In this document: positions 1-8,452 of the stretch, in pieces
Layout: every line of letters starts with the position of its first letter
How positions within the stretch are numbered: the first letter of the stretch is position 1
Translations under genes and position numbers: made by a program
The notes under the pieces: generated by a model
What the model saw: only the letters and a program-made list of their open reading frames with translations
Database searches by the model: none
What the model was told of the DNA's origin: nothing
NCBI RefSeq assembly: GCF_000011465.1
Contig: NC_005072.1
Span: 480,001-512,000 of the forward strand
Length of the DNA: 32,000 bases
Direction of reading: 5' to 3'
Source: Prochlorococcus marinus subsp. pastoris str. CCMP1986
GTDB taxonomy: Bacteria > Cyanobacteriota > Cyanobacteriia > PCC-6307 > Cyanobiaceae

Positions 1-35
1 CTAGAAAATAATTCAGTCATCTTTTTAACTAACAT
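1..35 (-). CDS. possible 5' end of an unidentified CDS running off the left edge
   Basis: Minus-strand ATG at 35-33, with a second in-frame ATG at 20-18. AGGAG (plus-strand 43-47) lies 7 nt upstream. The frame stays open to position 1 (MLVKKMTELFS...). Only 11 codons are visible, so this is weak. Confidence 0.25.
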   Translation of the reverse strand, partial: MLVKKMTELFS

Positions 36-61
36 AACTTAACTCCTAATAAATTTTAGCT

Positions 62-1864
62 TTAAGAATTTTTATTGTACATTACTTTTGATTCGGAAAT
101 AAATTTCTCTAATAAATTTTTAGATGCTATTTTAATTTTACTTTTGCTTGATCTAGAGAAGAATTCTACTTCTTTATTAATTGAGTCTCTGCCAATAATT
201 ATTTGAAAAGGAATTCCAATTAAATCTGCATCTTTAAATTTGACTCCTGCTCTATCATCTCTGTCGTCAAGGAGAACATCGATTTGGTTGCTTATAAACT
301 CTTCATAAATCTCTTGAGTAAGTTCTTTTTGAATGGGATCTTTCAAATTAGTTGGAATAATTAAAATCTCAAACGGAGAAATTTGAATTGGCCAAGAAAT
401 ACCATTTTCATCATGATTCTGTTCAATTGCTGCCTGGGCTATCCTCGTTACGCCTATTCCATAACAACCCATCCATAAATTTTTCAATTGACCATTCTTA
501 TCAGAAAACTTTGCATTTAATTTCTCACTGTATTTTTGGCCTAATTGAAAAATATGTCCAATTTCGATACCTCTTTTTTCTTTTAATTCTTCATTACTTT
601 CCTGGCTGATGCAATCTCCTTTTTTTGCATTCCTTATATCTGATATTAAAAACTTTTTCTCAATAAATGAAAACGCACGGAATACTTTGTGAAAATCAAC
701 TTTATTACCACCACTCACAAAAATTGAAAGACTACTGGCGGAGTAGTCAGCGATTCTTATCCAACTTTTATCCCAACTGGAATTAATTTTTATTGTTTCA
801 TCATTTATGTCTGGCCCAATAAAACCTAATGGAAAATTAATTAGATTTTTATTAATAATGGCATTGTCATCGACTATTTTTAGGTGAATCAAGTTTGAAA
901 TATATTTTTTGTTTATCAAATTAAAAAGCTTGACTTCATTAATATTTTGATCTCCTCTAATACATGCGAGGATTGGGACTTCAGATTTATCTTCAAATTT
1001 TGCAAGGAATATAACGACTTTAATTATTTGACTTGCATCTAAATTATTATTTTGACAAATATCAACAATCGATTTTTGATTAGGGGTTTCTATCCATTCT
1101 TCATGGGACCTTATTAAAGGAATCTCTTTGGAGGGTAAAGAAACCGCTTTTTCAATATTGGCCGCATATGACCCACTCTCAGTAAATAAAATAGAATCCT
1201 CCCCGGCATCTGCTGTTACCATAAACTCTTTAGATGCTGCTCCTCCAATTGCTCCACTATCGGCATCCACCCCTACTGTATCTAATCCACAATTTTTAAA
1301 AATATTTTCATAAGCTTTTTCCATTTTTTCGTAAAAAGAAGCTAAATCTTCTTTTGAAGAGTGAAAAGAATAAGCATCCTTCATTATAAATTCCCTACTC
1401 CTCATTAATCCAAATCTAGGTCTTATTTCATCTCTAAATTTTGTTTGTATTTGGTAAAAACATAAAGGCAGCTGTTTATATGAATTTATCATTTCTGATG
1501 CAATACTTGTAATGACTTCTTCATGTGTAGGTGCCAAGCCAAATTCTTTTCCTTGTCTATCCTTTAAATTAAACATTATGCCTTCTCCCGCAGTGTAACC
1601 TTCCCATCTTTCACTTTTTTTCCATAATTCTGCTGGGTGGAGTTGGGGTAAAAGTAATTTCGAACAATAAATATTATTAAGTTCCTTTTCAATAATGGTA
1701 GATATTTTTTCGATTACTCTAAGCATTATTGGCATGTATGCATAGATGCCACTATTAACTCTGCGAATATAACCACCTTTTAAAAGTAATTGATGAGAAA
1801 TAATTTCTGCTTCAGAAGGAGTGTCGCGAAGGGTCCCCAGAGGAAATGAGGTAGTGACGCGCAT
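62..1864 (-). CDS. proS: prolyl-tRNA synthetase (bacterial type with insertion/editing domain)
   Basis: 600-aa ORF. It has class II aaRS motifs (FRDEIRPRFGLMRSREFIMKDAYSF; GCYGIGVTR), a long mid-protein insertion and a C-terminal anticodon-binding-like region. Confidence 0.95.
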   Translation of the reverse strand: MRVTTSFPLGTLRDTPSEAEIISHQLLLKGGYIRRVNSGIYAYMPIMLRVIEKISTIIEKELNNIYCSKLLLPQLHPAELWKKSERWEGYTAGEGIMFNLKDRQGKEFGLAPTHEEVITSIASEMINSYKQLPLCFYQIQTKFRDEIRPRFGLMRSREFIMKDAYSFHSSKEDLASFYEKMEKAYENIFKNCGLDTVGVDADSGAIGGAASKEFMVTADAGEDSILFTESGSYAANIEKAVSLPSKEIPLIRSHEEWIETPNQKSIVDICQNNNLDASQIIKVVIFLAKFEDKSEVPILACIRGDQNINEVKLFNLINKKYISNLIHLKIVDDNAIINKNLINFPLGFIGPDINDETIKINSSWDKSWIRIADYSASSLSIFVSGGNKVDFHKVFRAFSFIEKKFLISDIRNAKKGDCISQESNEELKEKRGIEIGHIFQLGQKYSEKLNAKFSDKNGQLKNLWMGCYGIGVTRIAQAAIEQNHDENGISWPIQISPFEILIIPTNLKDPIQKELTQEIYEEFISNQIDVLLDDRDDRAGVKFKDADLIGIPFQIIIGRDSINKEVEFFSRSSKSKIKIASKNLLEKFISESKVMYNKNS

Positions 1865-2040
1865 AAAAGAAACTTATAAATTTAATCAATTTTATCAATT
1901 CAGGTGTAAAAAATATTTAAAGTGTCTTGAGTCCCTGAAGGCAGGTAGTTTAGATTTATCCTTTCTGCTAGTTTCTGCAATAATAAAACTTAAAATTTTT
2001 AAGTAAATTCATTAACCTGAATGACATTTTTAATAAAGTT

Positions 2041-2391
2041 ATGGAAAATATAGATTCTAATATTTCTAGTTCAGAAGAATTAGTTGGTATTGATGAAGTT
2101 CAGAAATTCCTTAACCGATCAAGAGCTTCTGTTTACAGGTACACAAATACAGATCTAAGAAATTTAAATCCTAGCTTTAACCCGAGAAAATTAAATCCTG
2201 AATATAGAACTGATCAGAAAGAGCCATTACGTTTCCACCCTAATGAAATTGCAAGATTTGCTAAGGATATTTTAAGAATTAAAGAAGTTACTGTCGAAGT
2301 TTTTAATTCTCCATCTTCAGCTGCACAAAATACTCTTTCTCAAATCCTTGAAGAATTAAAAAGTATTAGATCTTTGCTAGAAAAAAATTAA
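2041..2391 (+). CDS. small excisionase/MerR-like helix-turn-helix DNA-binding protein
   Basis: 116-aa ORF. VGIDEVQKFLNRSRASVYRYTN followed by PLRFHPNEIARFAKD resembles the HTH_17/Xis-AlpA-type layout. The C-terminus is a predicted helix (LSQILEELKSIRSLLEK). Confidence 0.6.
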   Translation: MENIDSNISSSEELVGIDEVQKFLNRSRASVYRYTNTDLRNLNPSFNPRKLNPEYRTDQKEPLRFHPNEIARFAKDILRIKEVTVEVFNSPSSAAQNTLSQILEELKSIRSLLEKN

Positions 2392-2477
2392 CTTTAAACT
2401 ATATTTTGATTTATGTACTTTTTGATTGTAAGATTATTCTGTTAAGTTTATTACTCAACTTTTAACAAGTAAATCTC

Positions 2478-2732
2478 TTGAGATACACAAATTCAAAGCG
2501 GTTTGTCAAAAGTAATTTAAGCGAAAAATCTTCTCTTATTACTATTTCAAGTGAATTGGAAAGAGATGATGATGACCCCTTAAGTATTAGGAGTTTATCA
2601 ATTTCGTTTCTTGGGATTATAATTGCCTCCCTGACAATATTATTGCCCTCAATTTGTATTTTGCTTGGTAGACCTTTATCTCAAGGAAATGAGATTACTT
2701 CTTTTCACTTAATTAAAAAAGATGGATCTTAG
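2478..2732 (+). CDS. candidate small membrane protein (uncertain ORF, TTG start)
   Basis: 84-aa ORF in the 330-bp gap before ppa. It has a hydrophilic acidic N-half (ERDDDD) and one clear hydrophobic helix (ISFLGIIIASLTILLPSICILLG). It starts with TTG and overlaps the ppa start by 11 nt. I recognise no family. Confidence 0.3.
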   Translation: MRYTNSKRFVKSNLSEKSSLITISSELERDDDDPLSIRSLSISFLGIIIASLTILLPSICILLGRPLSQGNEITSFHLIKKDGS

Positions 2733-3270
2733 TTTGATACCTCCATCTCCAATGAAGGGCATAGTTAATTTAGTTGTTGAAATACCAGCTGGTAGCAGGA
2801 ATAAATATGAATATTGTTCTCAAGCTGGAATTATGGAACTTGATAGGATTTTGCATTCTTCAGTACGCTACCCATTTGACTATGGCTTTGTCCCAAATAC
2901 CCTCGCTGATGATGGATCTCCACTAGACGCAATGGTAATTATGGATGAGCCAACATTCGCAGGTTGTCTAATAAAAGCAAGACCTATAGGTGTTTTAGAT
3001 ATGCATGACTGTGGGAAATATGATGGGAAACTTTTATGTGTTCCTATATCTAATCCTAGGCAAGAAAATATAATTAGCATTAATCAAATAGCACCTAATC
3101 AATTAGAAGATGTTGCAGAATTTTTTAGAACAAGCAAAGGTTTAGATGGAAGGACGGTTCAAATAGATGGTTGGAGAGATTTTGAAGTAGTTGAAGAACT
3201 TTTAAGAAAATGTACACCAAAAAAAAAGAAATCCTTTAAAGTTTTAAAAAAATCATCAATTGTTAAATAA
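2722..3270 (+). CDS. ppa: inorganic pyrophosphatase, family I
   Basis: MDLSLIPPSP...VVEIPAGSRNKYEY...YPFDYGFVPNTLADDGSPLDAMVIMDEP are classic soluble PPase motifs. An unusual Lys-rich C-terminal tail (PKKKKSFKVLKK) is present. Confidence 0.95.
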   Translation: MDLSLIPPSPMKGIVNLVVEIPAGSRNKYEYCSQAGIMELDRILHSSVRYPFDYGFVPNTLADDGSPLDAMVIMDEPTFAGCLIKARPIGVLDMHDCGKYDGKLLCVPISNPRQENIISINQIAPNQLEDVAEFFRTSKGLDGRTVQIDGWRDFEVVEELLRKCTPKKKKSFKVLKKSSIVK

Positions 3271-3628
3271 ATTGAAAAGAGTAATTTTTTATAGCTATCC
3301 AAAATGCTCTACATGTAGAAAAGCATCTAAGTGGCTTGATCAAAATAATATTAATTATCAATTAATAGATATCGTTAAAGAACAACCTTCAAAAAAATTT
3401 TTGGAAATGGCATTAATACAATTTTCATTAGACATTAAGAAGATATTTAATACAAGAGGTAAGAGTTATAAGTCAATCGGTATTGATATTCTTGACTTAA
3501 CCCAAAAAAAAATTATTGAACTATTGTCAAATGATGGAAAATTAATCAAAAGACCATTCTTAATTATTAATGAAAGTAAATTAATACTTGGATTCAATGA
3601 GTCTGAATATATCGCAAACCTCAAATAG
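3260..3628 (+). CDS. ArsC/Spx/YffB-family thioredoxin-fold protein with CxxC
   Basis: YSYPKCSTCRKASKWLDQNNINYQLIDI, NTRGKSYK and LIKRPFLI...LGFNESEY match the ArsC/Spx/YffB family layout. There is no in-frame ATG upstream of the CxxC, so a TTG start at 3260 or 3272 is required. The ORF overlaps the ppa 3' end by 11 nt. Confidence 0.75.
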   Translation: MLNKLKRVIFYSYPKCSTCRKASKWLDQNNINYQLIDIVKEQPSKKFLEMALIQFSLDIKKIFNTRGKSYKSIGIDILDLTQKKIIELLSNDGKLIKRPFLIINESKLILGFNESEYIANLK

Positions 3629-3657
3629 ATATTTAATTTTATGTTTTTGTAAATTTT

Positions 3658-4344
3658 ATGAATTTCTCTTTTAAAAATATACTTCTTGAGTGGGGTCCAT
3701 TAATTCTCTTAGCTTTTTTTGTCTCTTCTTGCAGATCTTTTTTAGCAGAACCTCGTTACATTCCCTCTGGTTCAATGCTTCCTGAATTACAAATAAACGA
3801 TAGATTAATTATTGAAAAAATCTCCTTAAAAAATTCATCACCTCAAAGAGGAGATATTATTGTTTTTAAATCCCCTTTCTCTTTTGATGAAAAACTTGTT
3901 GCATCAAGATCTAATCCATTACCAAACAAAAGCTATTGTTTTTTTATGGGTTTTCCTCCAATGTCATTCATCCCTGGATTAAGAGATCAGGCTTGTGATG
4001 CTTATATAAAAAGAGTAGTAGCATTGCCCGGAGAATTAGTTAGTGTCAATATTAAAGGCGAAGTGATAGTTAATAATAAAAAGATTTTTGAGCCATATGT
4101 TATTAATTTTTGTTCAGAATCCTTTTTTAATAATTGCGGAGAATTTAAAAGTTTGAAAGTACCGAAGGATCATTTTTTGGTTTTAGGTGACAATAGATCA
4201 AATAGCTGGGATGGAAGATATTGGCCTGGAGGTAAATTTCTTCATAAAAAAGAAATAATTGGAAAAGCGTATTTTAGGTTTTGGCCTTTAAAGAATTTTG
4301 GGCTTTTTAAAAATCAAGCCCTACATGAATCACTTTCCCTTTGA
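3658..4344 (+). CDS. lepB: signal peptidase I
   Basis: N-terminal TM segment. Box B is IPSGSMLPEL (catalytic Ser), with YIKRVVALPGE (catalytic Lys region) and VLGDNRSNSWDGRYWG (box E). Confidence 0.92.
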   Translation: MNFSFKNILLEWGPLILLAFFVSSCRSFLAEPRYIPSGSMLPELQINDRLIIEKISLKNSSPQRGDIIVFKSPFSFDEKLVASRSNPLPNKSYCFFMGFPPMSFIPGLRDQACDAYIKRVVALPGELVSVNIKGEVIVNNKKIFEPYVINFCSESFFNNCGEFKSLKVPKDHFLVLGDNRSNSWDGRYWPGGKFLHKKEIIGKAYFRFWPLKNFGLFKNQALHESLSL

Positions 4345-5560
4345 TTAATTTATTTTTCTTGGGAAAATTTGAAGGGGAATCATAACCTAAATTGATTTGA
4401 TTATTTATCCATTTTGTATCAGGGTCAAATATAAGCCATCTTTTACTGCCGATAGATAATTTCTCTTGCATTATTCCTAATAAATTAGAGGGATTAAAAC
4501 TTAAATATTTCCAAAGCATTGGGATTGGCCAATCTCGTTTGACTACAAATTCTTTCCACAATAATGGTAAAACTAATTCAAAAGAGCTTATCCCTGCGGG
4601 TCTATCATTTATGGGTATAAATATATCTTCATCGCTTAATGCCTTTGAGTTCACTGCAATTGCTTGAATTAAATCATTTTCTAAACCTTTTATTAAAAAT
4701 TCTCTATTTTCCTGAGAGCCCAAAGGGGGATCTACTTTCCACCCAAGATCATCAAACTCGAGATTATTTGTATCGGCTATTAAGCTCCACCAACTTATTG
4801 TTGTTGAAATTGGAATAGCATGTTTTTCTATTTCTTTAAGAGAATTTGAATCTGAGATATTTTTAATTACTATATTTTTATCTGGGAAAATATTCTTGAT
4901 TCCTAAAATATTTCTAACTTCTGCAATCTCATTATTATTGTCAATAATATAAAAACCTGATTGGAGTGTTTTTATGTCCTTATTTATAATTCCTTTCTGT
5001 AGTGAATTTTTTTTTGTTAACGAAAATAATATTGGTGATTTCTTCACTGCGTCTAAAGAAAGACCTTTAAAAATGATTGAGTTGTCAAAAAAGTTGCTAG
5101 TAGAGAGACCTATTGAACCTGATTTCAAAAGTTCACAATGGGGAGATAGTTTTTTGCCTTGATCTTCCAAACTTAAACTTCCCCAAAAATAAATATTTAA
5201 ATCAAAATCATAATTTTTCTGAAAGGGTATTTTTTCAGGATTATCTCTCCAGTTATTACTATTTGGAAGAAAGGCGATTGTACCAAAACCTGATTTCTTT
5301 GCTCTAAACTTTAAATTTTCTAGGTTATCATCAACTCCTGTTAAGGGATCTTCTAAAAATGAGTGACTATCTACAAGCATTGGAGCCAATATTTTATTAC
5401 CAGATTTAGAAATTTTAATATTCTTTTTTAACGCATCCTCTTTAGCCTTATTACCAAATGCTTCTATTTTGCCATCGATAATTAATAAATTATCTTTGAT
5501 AACTGTCGCATTGGAGCCCATCAAAATATTTATATTTTCAAAAAAAAAGCTTTTCCCCAT
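4307..5560 (-). CDS. dihydroorotase-like amidohydrolase-fold protein, probably non-catalytic (PyrC'-like)
   Basis: The 417-aa ORF is collinear by eye with class I DHOases: IIDGKIEAFG, LAPMLVDSHSFLEDP, AFLPNSNN, KVDPPLGSQENREFLIKGL. Metal and catalytic positions are substituted (DSHSF for DxHxH; AVNSKAL for ATDHAPH). Confidence 0.8.
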   Translation of the reverse strand: MGKSFFFENINILMGSNATVIKDNLLIIDGKIEAFGNKAKEDALKKNIKISKSGNKILAPMLVDSHSFLEDPLTGVDDNLENLKFRAKKSGFGTIAFLPNSNNWRDNPEKIPFQKNYDFDLNIYFWGSLSLEDQGKKLSPHCELLKSGSIGLSTSNFFDNSIIFKGLSLDAVKKSPILFSLTKKNSLQKGIINKDIKTLQSGFYIIDNNNEIAEVRNILGIKNIFPDKNIVIKNISDSNSLKEIEKHAIPISTTISWWSLIADTNNLEFDDLGWKVDPPLGSQENREFLIKGLENDLIQAIAVNSKALSDEDIFIPINDRPAGISSFELVLPLLWKEFVVKRDWPIPMLWKYLSFNPSNLLGIMQEKLSIGSKRWLIFDPDTKWINNQINLGYDSPSNFPKKNKLIKGKVIHVGLDF

Positions 5561-5562
5561 TT

Positions 5563-6891
5563 TTAAAGAGCCCCGGATGCTGTTGAGTCCAGTATCCCAC
5601 CAAGATGTGTAGTAATATTCAAAGCACTAATTACATTATCTTTTTGAGGATCCTTAAAAAGATCAATAACAGTTATACCTCCATTACCTTGCTTTATCAT
5701 CCAGATATTAGAAAAATCAATTCCTAATAAATTACAAATAAGGGTTTTATTTACTGCATCATGTGCGACTAACAAGGTCAAATCTTTATTCTTTTGAGCT
5801 AAACATATTTCTTCCCAAGCCTTAACTGATCTTTCAGATACTTCTTTAATACTCTCACCCTCGGGCATTAGCACTTCTTCAGGTTTTTCATGCCAATTTT
5901 TAAGTAATTCTGGCCATTGTTGCTTAATTTCATTTTCTAATTTGCCTTCCCATAATCCATGGCTTATTTCTACTAAATTTTCAATCTTTTTTATTTCTAA
6001 ATCTGACTTGTTTTGAAGAATTATTTGTGCTGTTTCATATGGTCTATCCATTGAACTTGAAAAAGCTTTGTTGAAGTTAATTTCTTCTAAATATTTAGAG
6101 GCCTTTCCCGCCTGATCTTTCCCATTATTATTTAAAGGAATATTTATTTGTCCTTGAAATCGACCCTCTTTATTCCAGTTGGTTTCACCATGCCTAATTA
6201 AAAATATTCTTGAGTCTCCAATCTGATCAGGAATTCTTTTATCTAGATGAGAAGTTTGGTTTAAACATTCAATTTGTGTTTTATATGAATGTCTTTGCTT
6301 CACAATATTAAGGATGGAAAAAGAGGCATTATCTAACTTTATTTTTCTAAAACCTTTTTTAGGTTTTCCAATTAATAATAAAATTAAACATCTTAGGATT
6401 GCATTATGACCAATTATTAAAATATTTGCTTCTTGTTTTTCTAAATAGATTTTAAAAATACTTTTAATAAATTCATTTGCCTGCTCATATAATTCTTTAA
6501 TTGGTTGATACGTTGAATTATGAATACTCTCTAAAGTCAAATTTTCAGGATCATTTTTCCAAAGAAGATAGTCTTCTGGATACTTTTTTCTTATTTCATT
6601 AATAGTTAAACCAGACCATGAACCAAGATCAACCTCTAATAAATTTTTATCGTAAATAATATTATTTTCTCCTTTTAAGTTTTTCTGAATTGTCTTTGCA
6701 GTCTCTGCTGCTCTTACAAGTGGGGAAGAATATATCTTGTCAAAATTAATCCCTGATAATGCCTCTCCAGATTTAAGTGCCTGTTCGTAGCCTTTATCGG
6801 TTAAATATGAATCATCTGTCCTACCTTGAACTAAGCCTTTTTCATTAAAACTGCTAAGCCCATGCCTAACTAAAATTAATCTAATGCTCAT
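5563..6891 (-). CDS. tandem two-domain histidine phosphatase (phosphoglycerate mutase superfamily)
   Basis: The 442-aa ORF has two complete RHG-type domains. Domain 1 has LVRHGLSSFN, SPLVRA, EVDLGSWSG and IGHNA. Domain 2 has LIRHGETNWN, SSMDRP, EISHGLWEG and VAHDA. Confidence 0.85.
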   Translation of the reverse strand: MSIRLILVRHGLSSFNEKGLVQGRTDDSYLTDKGYEQALKSGEALSGINFDKIYSSPLVRAAETAKTIQKNLKGENNIIYDKNLLEVDLGSWSGLTINEIRKKYPEDYLLWKNDPENLTLESIHNSTYQPIKELYEQANEFIKSIFKIYLEKQEANILIIGHNAILRCLILLLIGKPKKGFRKIKLDNASFSILNIVKQRHSYKTQIECLNQTSHLDKRIPDQIGDSRIFLIRHGETNWNKEGRFQGQINIPLNNNGKDQAGKASKYLEEINFNKAFSSSMDRPYETAQIILQNKSDLEIKKIENLVEISHGLWEGKLENEIKQQWPELLKNWHEKPEEVLMPEGESIKEVSERSVKAWEEICLAQKNKDLTLLVAHDAVNKTLICNLLGIDFSNIWMIKQGNGGITVIDLFKDPQKDNVISALNITTHLGGILDSTASGAL

Positions 6892-7008
6892 TATATAAAT
6901 TTTAAATTATAGTATTTTTATCATCTCATGGCGTGATAAAAATAGGTATATGATTATTAGAAATTTCAATGAAAACTAAATTAGGTTTTATATTTTATTA
7001 TTAATTAC

Positions 7009-8367
7009 ATGAATAAGAATATTTCTAAGACAAAACTATTTATAGCTTTTATTTCTCTAATCATAACTTTTTTTGTGTGGCAACAAGGGCTTCGAGATAG
7101 TCTCAGTCGACCATCAGTAAGCTTTGATATTAGTCAAAAAGAAAAAGAAATTACGGAATTAGCTTTACCTGCAATACCAATTAATTTAAGAAACCTTCTT
7201 ATTATTAATGATCCAATTGAGGATATTAATAATTCTCTTTCTGAGATTTCTTTTGATCAATTAACAGAAAGGAATCAATTGATTTGGCTAATTTCTTACA
7301 CGAACAATGAGATAAATATTAAAAAAGAGTACCCTAATACATTTGATAATAAAAATTATAAATTGGTAGTAGAAAATTTAAGTAAAAGTAATCTAGATAA
7401 TTCATATAAGCCTAATGATAATTTATTAGAGCTATTTAAAGATGATAGATTTCTATACCATTTGTTGAGCAAAAGATTTTCTTTTGATGAGAGTCAATTA
7501 ATAACAGATACACTTTCAAAAAAAATGTTTTTAAAAATAATAGCTATTAGATTATTACCTCTTTTAACAATAGTCCTTGGCTCTTTACTAGTTCTAAGGA
7601 CATTATGGAGTGTTTTAGCTTCAAGAAAAATTGAATGGAAAGAATTTAAACCCCTAGATTTAGATTTGTTAGATATGGTTTTGTTGATATCAGGAGGATT
7701 TGTCGTTTTAGGAGAAGTTATTTCGCCATTATTTTCAATCACTTTAGTTGAATTAGTGGCCTCTAATTTATCAATCGAATTGACACAATCATTAAAAATA
7801 TTTTTTGGCTATCTATTTATGGCAATACCCCCACTATTGATAATTTATTATCAAATAAAATCTTTTGAAAAAAAAATTATTTTTAAAAAAGATTATTTTC
7901 AATTCAATTTCTTACCGATAAAAGATTCTTTTTTTCAGGGATTTAAGGGGTTTTTAATGATAATTCCTTTTGTTTTGCTGGTGTCATTAATTATGAATCT
8001 TTTAGTTGATAATCAAAATGGGAGTAATCCTTTACTTGAGATCGTTTTAAATAGTAATAATTATGTTTCATTTGTACTTTTATTTTTAACAACTACATTT
8101 TTAGCTCCAATATTTGAGGAGGTTATTTTTAGAGGAGTTTTACTACCAATTTTATCAAGAGAATTTGGAATAATTTTAGGCATTACAATTTCTGCTTTTA
8201 TTTTTGCTCTGGCTCATTTGAGTATCGGTGAAATGATCCCATTGTTTACCTTGGGTATAGGGCTGGGAACTACTAGATTTATATCAGGAAGATTATCCTC
8301 TTCTGTGATTATGCATTCTTTATGGAATGGGATGACCTTTTTGAATTTGTTTCTGTTGAGAACATAA
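7009..8367 (+). CDS. CPBP/CAAX-family intramembrane metalloprotease (Abi domain) with long N-terminal extension
   Basis: Multi-TM 452-aa ORF. The C-terminal motifs EEVIFRGVLL, FALAHL and HSLWN are typical of the CPBP family. Confidence 0.85.
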   Translation: MNKNISKTKLFIAFISLIITFFVWQQGLRDSLSRPSVSFDISQKEKEITELALPAIPINLRNLLIINDPIEDINNSLSEISFDQLTERNQLIWLISYTNNEINIKKEYPNTFDNKNYKLVVENLSKSNLDNSYKPNDNLLELFKDDRFLYHLLSKRFSFDESQLITDTLSKKMFLKIIAIRLLPLLTIVLGSLLVLRTLWSVLASRKIEWKEFKPLDLDLLDMVLLISGGFVVLGEVISPLFSITLVELVASNLSIELTQSLKIFFGYLFMAIPPLLIIYYQIKSFEKKIIFKKDYFQFNFLPIKDSFFQGFKGFLMIIPFVLLVSLIMNLLVDNQNGSNPLLEIVLNSNNYVSFVLLFLTTTFLAPIFEEVIFRGVLLPILSREFGIILGITISAFIFALAHLSIGEMIPLFTLGIGLGTTRFISGRLSSSVIMHSLWNGMTFLNLFLLRT

Positions 8368-8452
8368 AGATTTAGCTATATTGCTTGCGAATAAATTAAA
8401 AAAATGTTTATTTGATTTATAACACTTTTTATATTTCTATTAATTCTAAGAG

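Noticed and set aside
1821-2006. 61-aa plus-strand ORF spanning the proS start and the proS/HTH intergenic region
   Set aside because: It begins inside the proS 5' end on the opposite strand and runs through promoter DNA. It has no motif and a Lys/Phe/Leu-rich composition, and the spacer is better explained as a divergent promoter region. A small RNA here cannot be excluded but is not supported by any clear structure.
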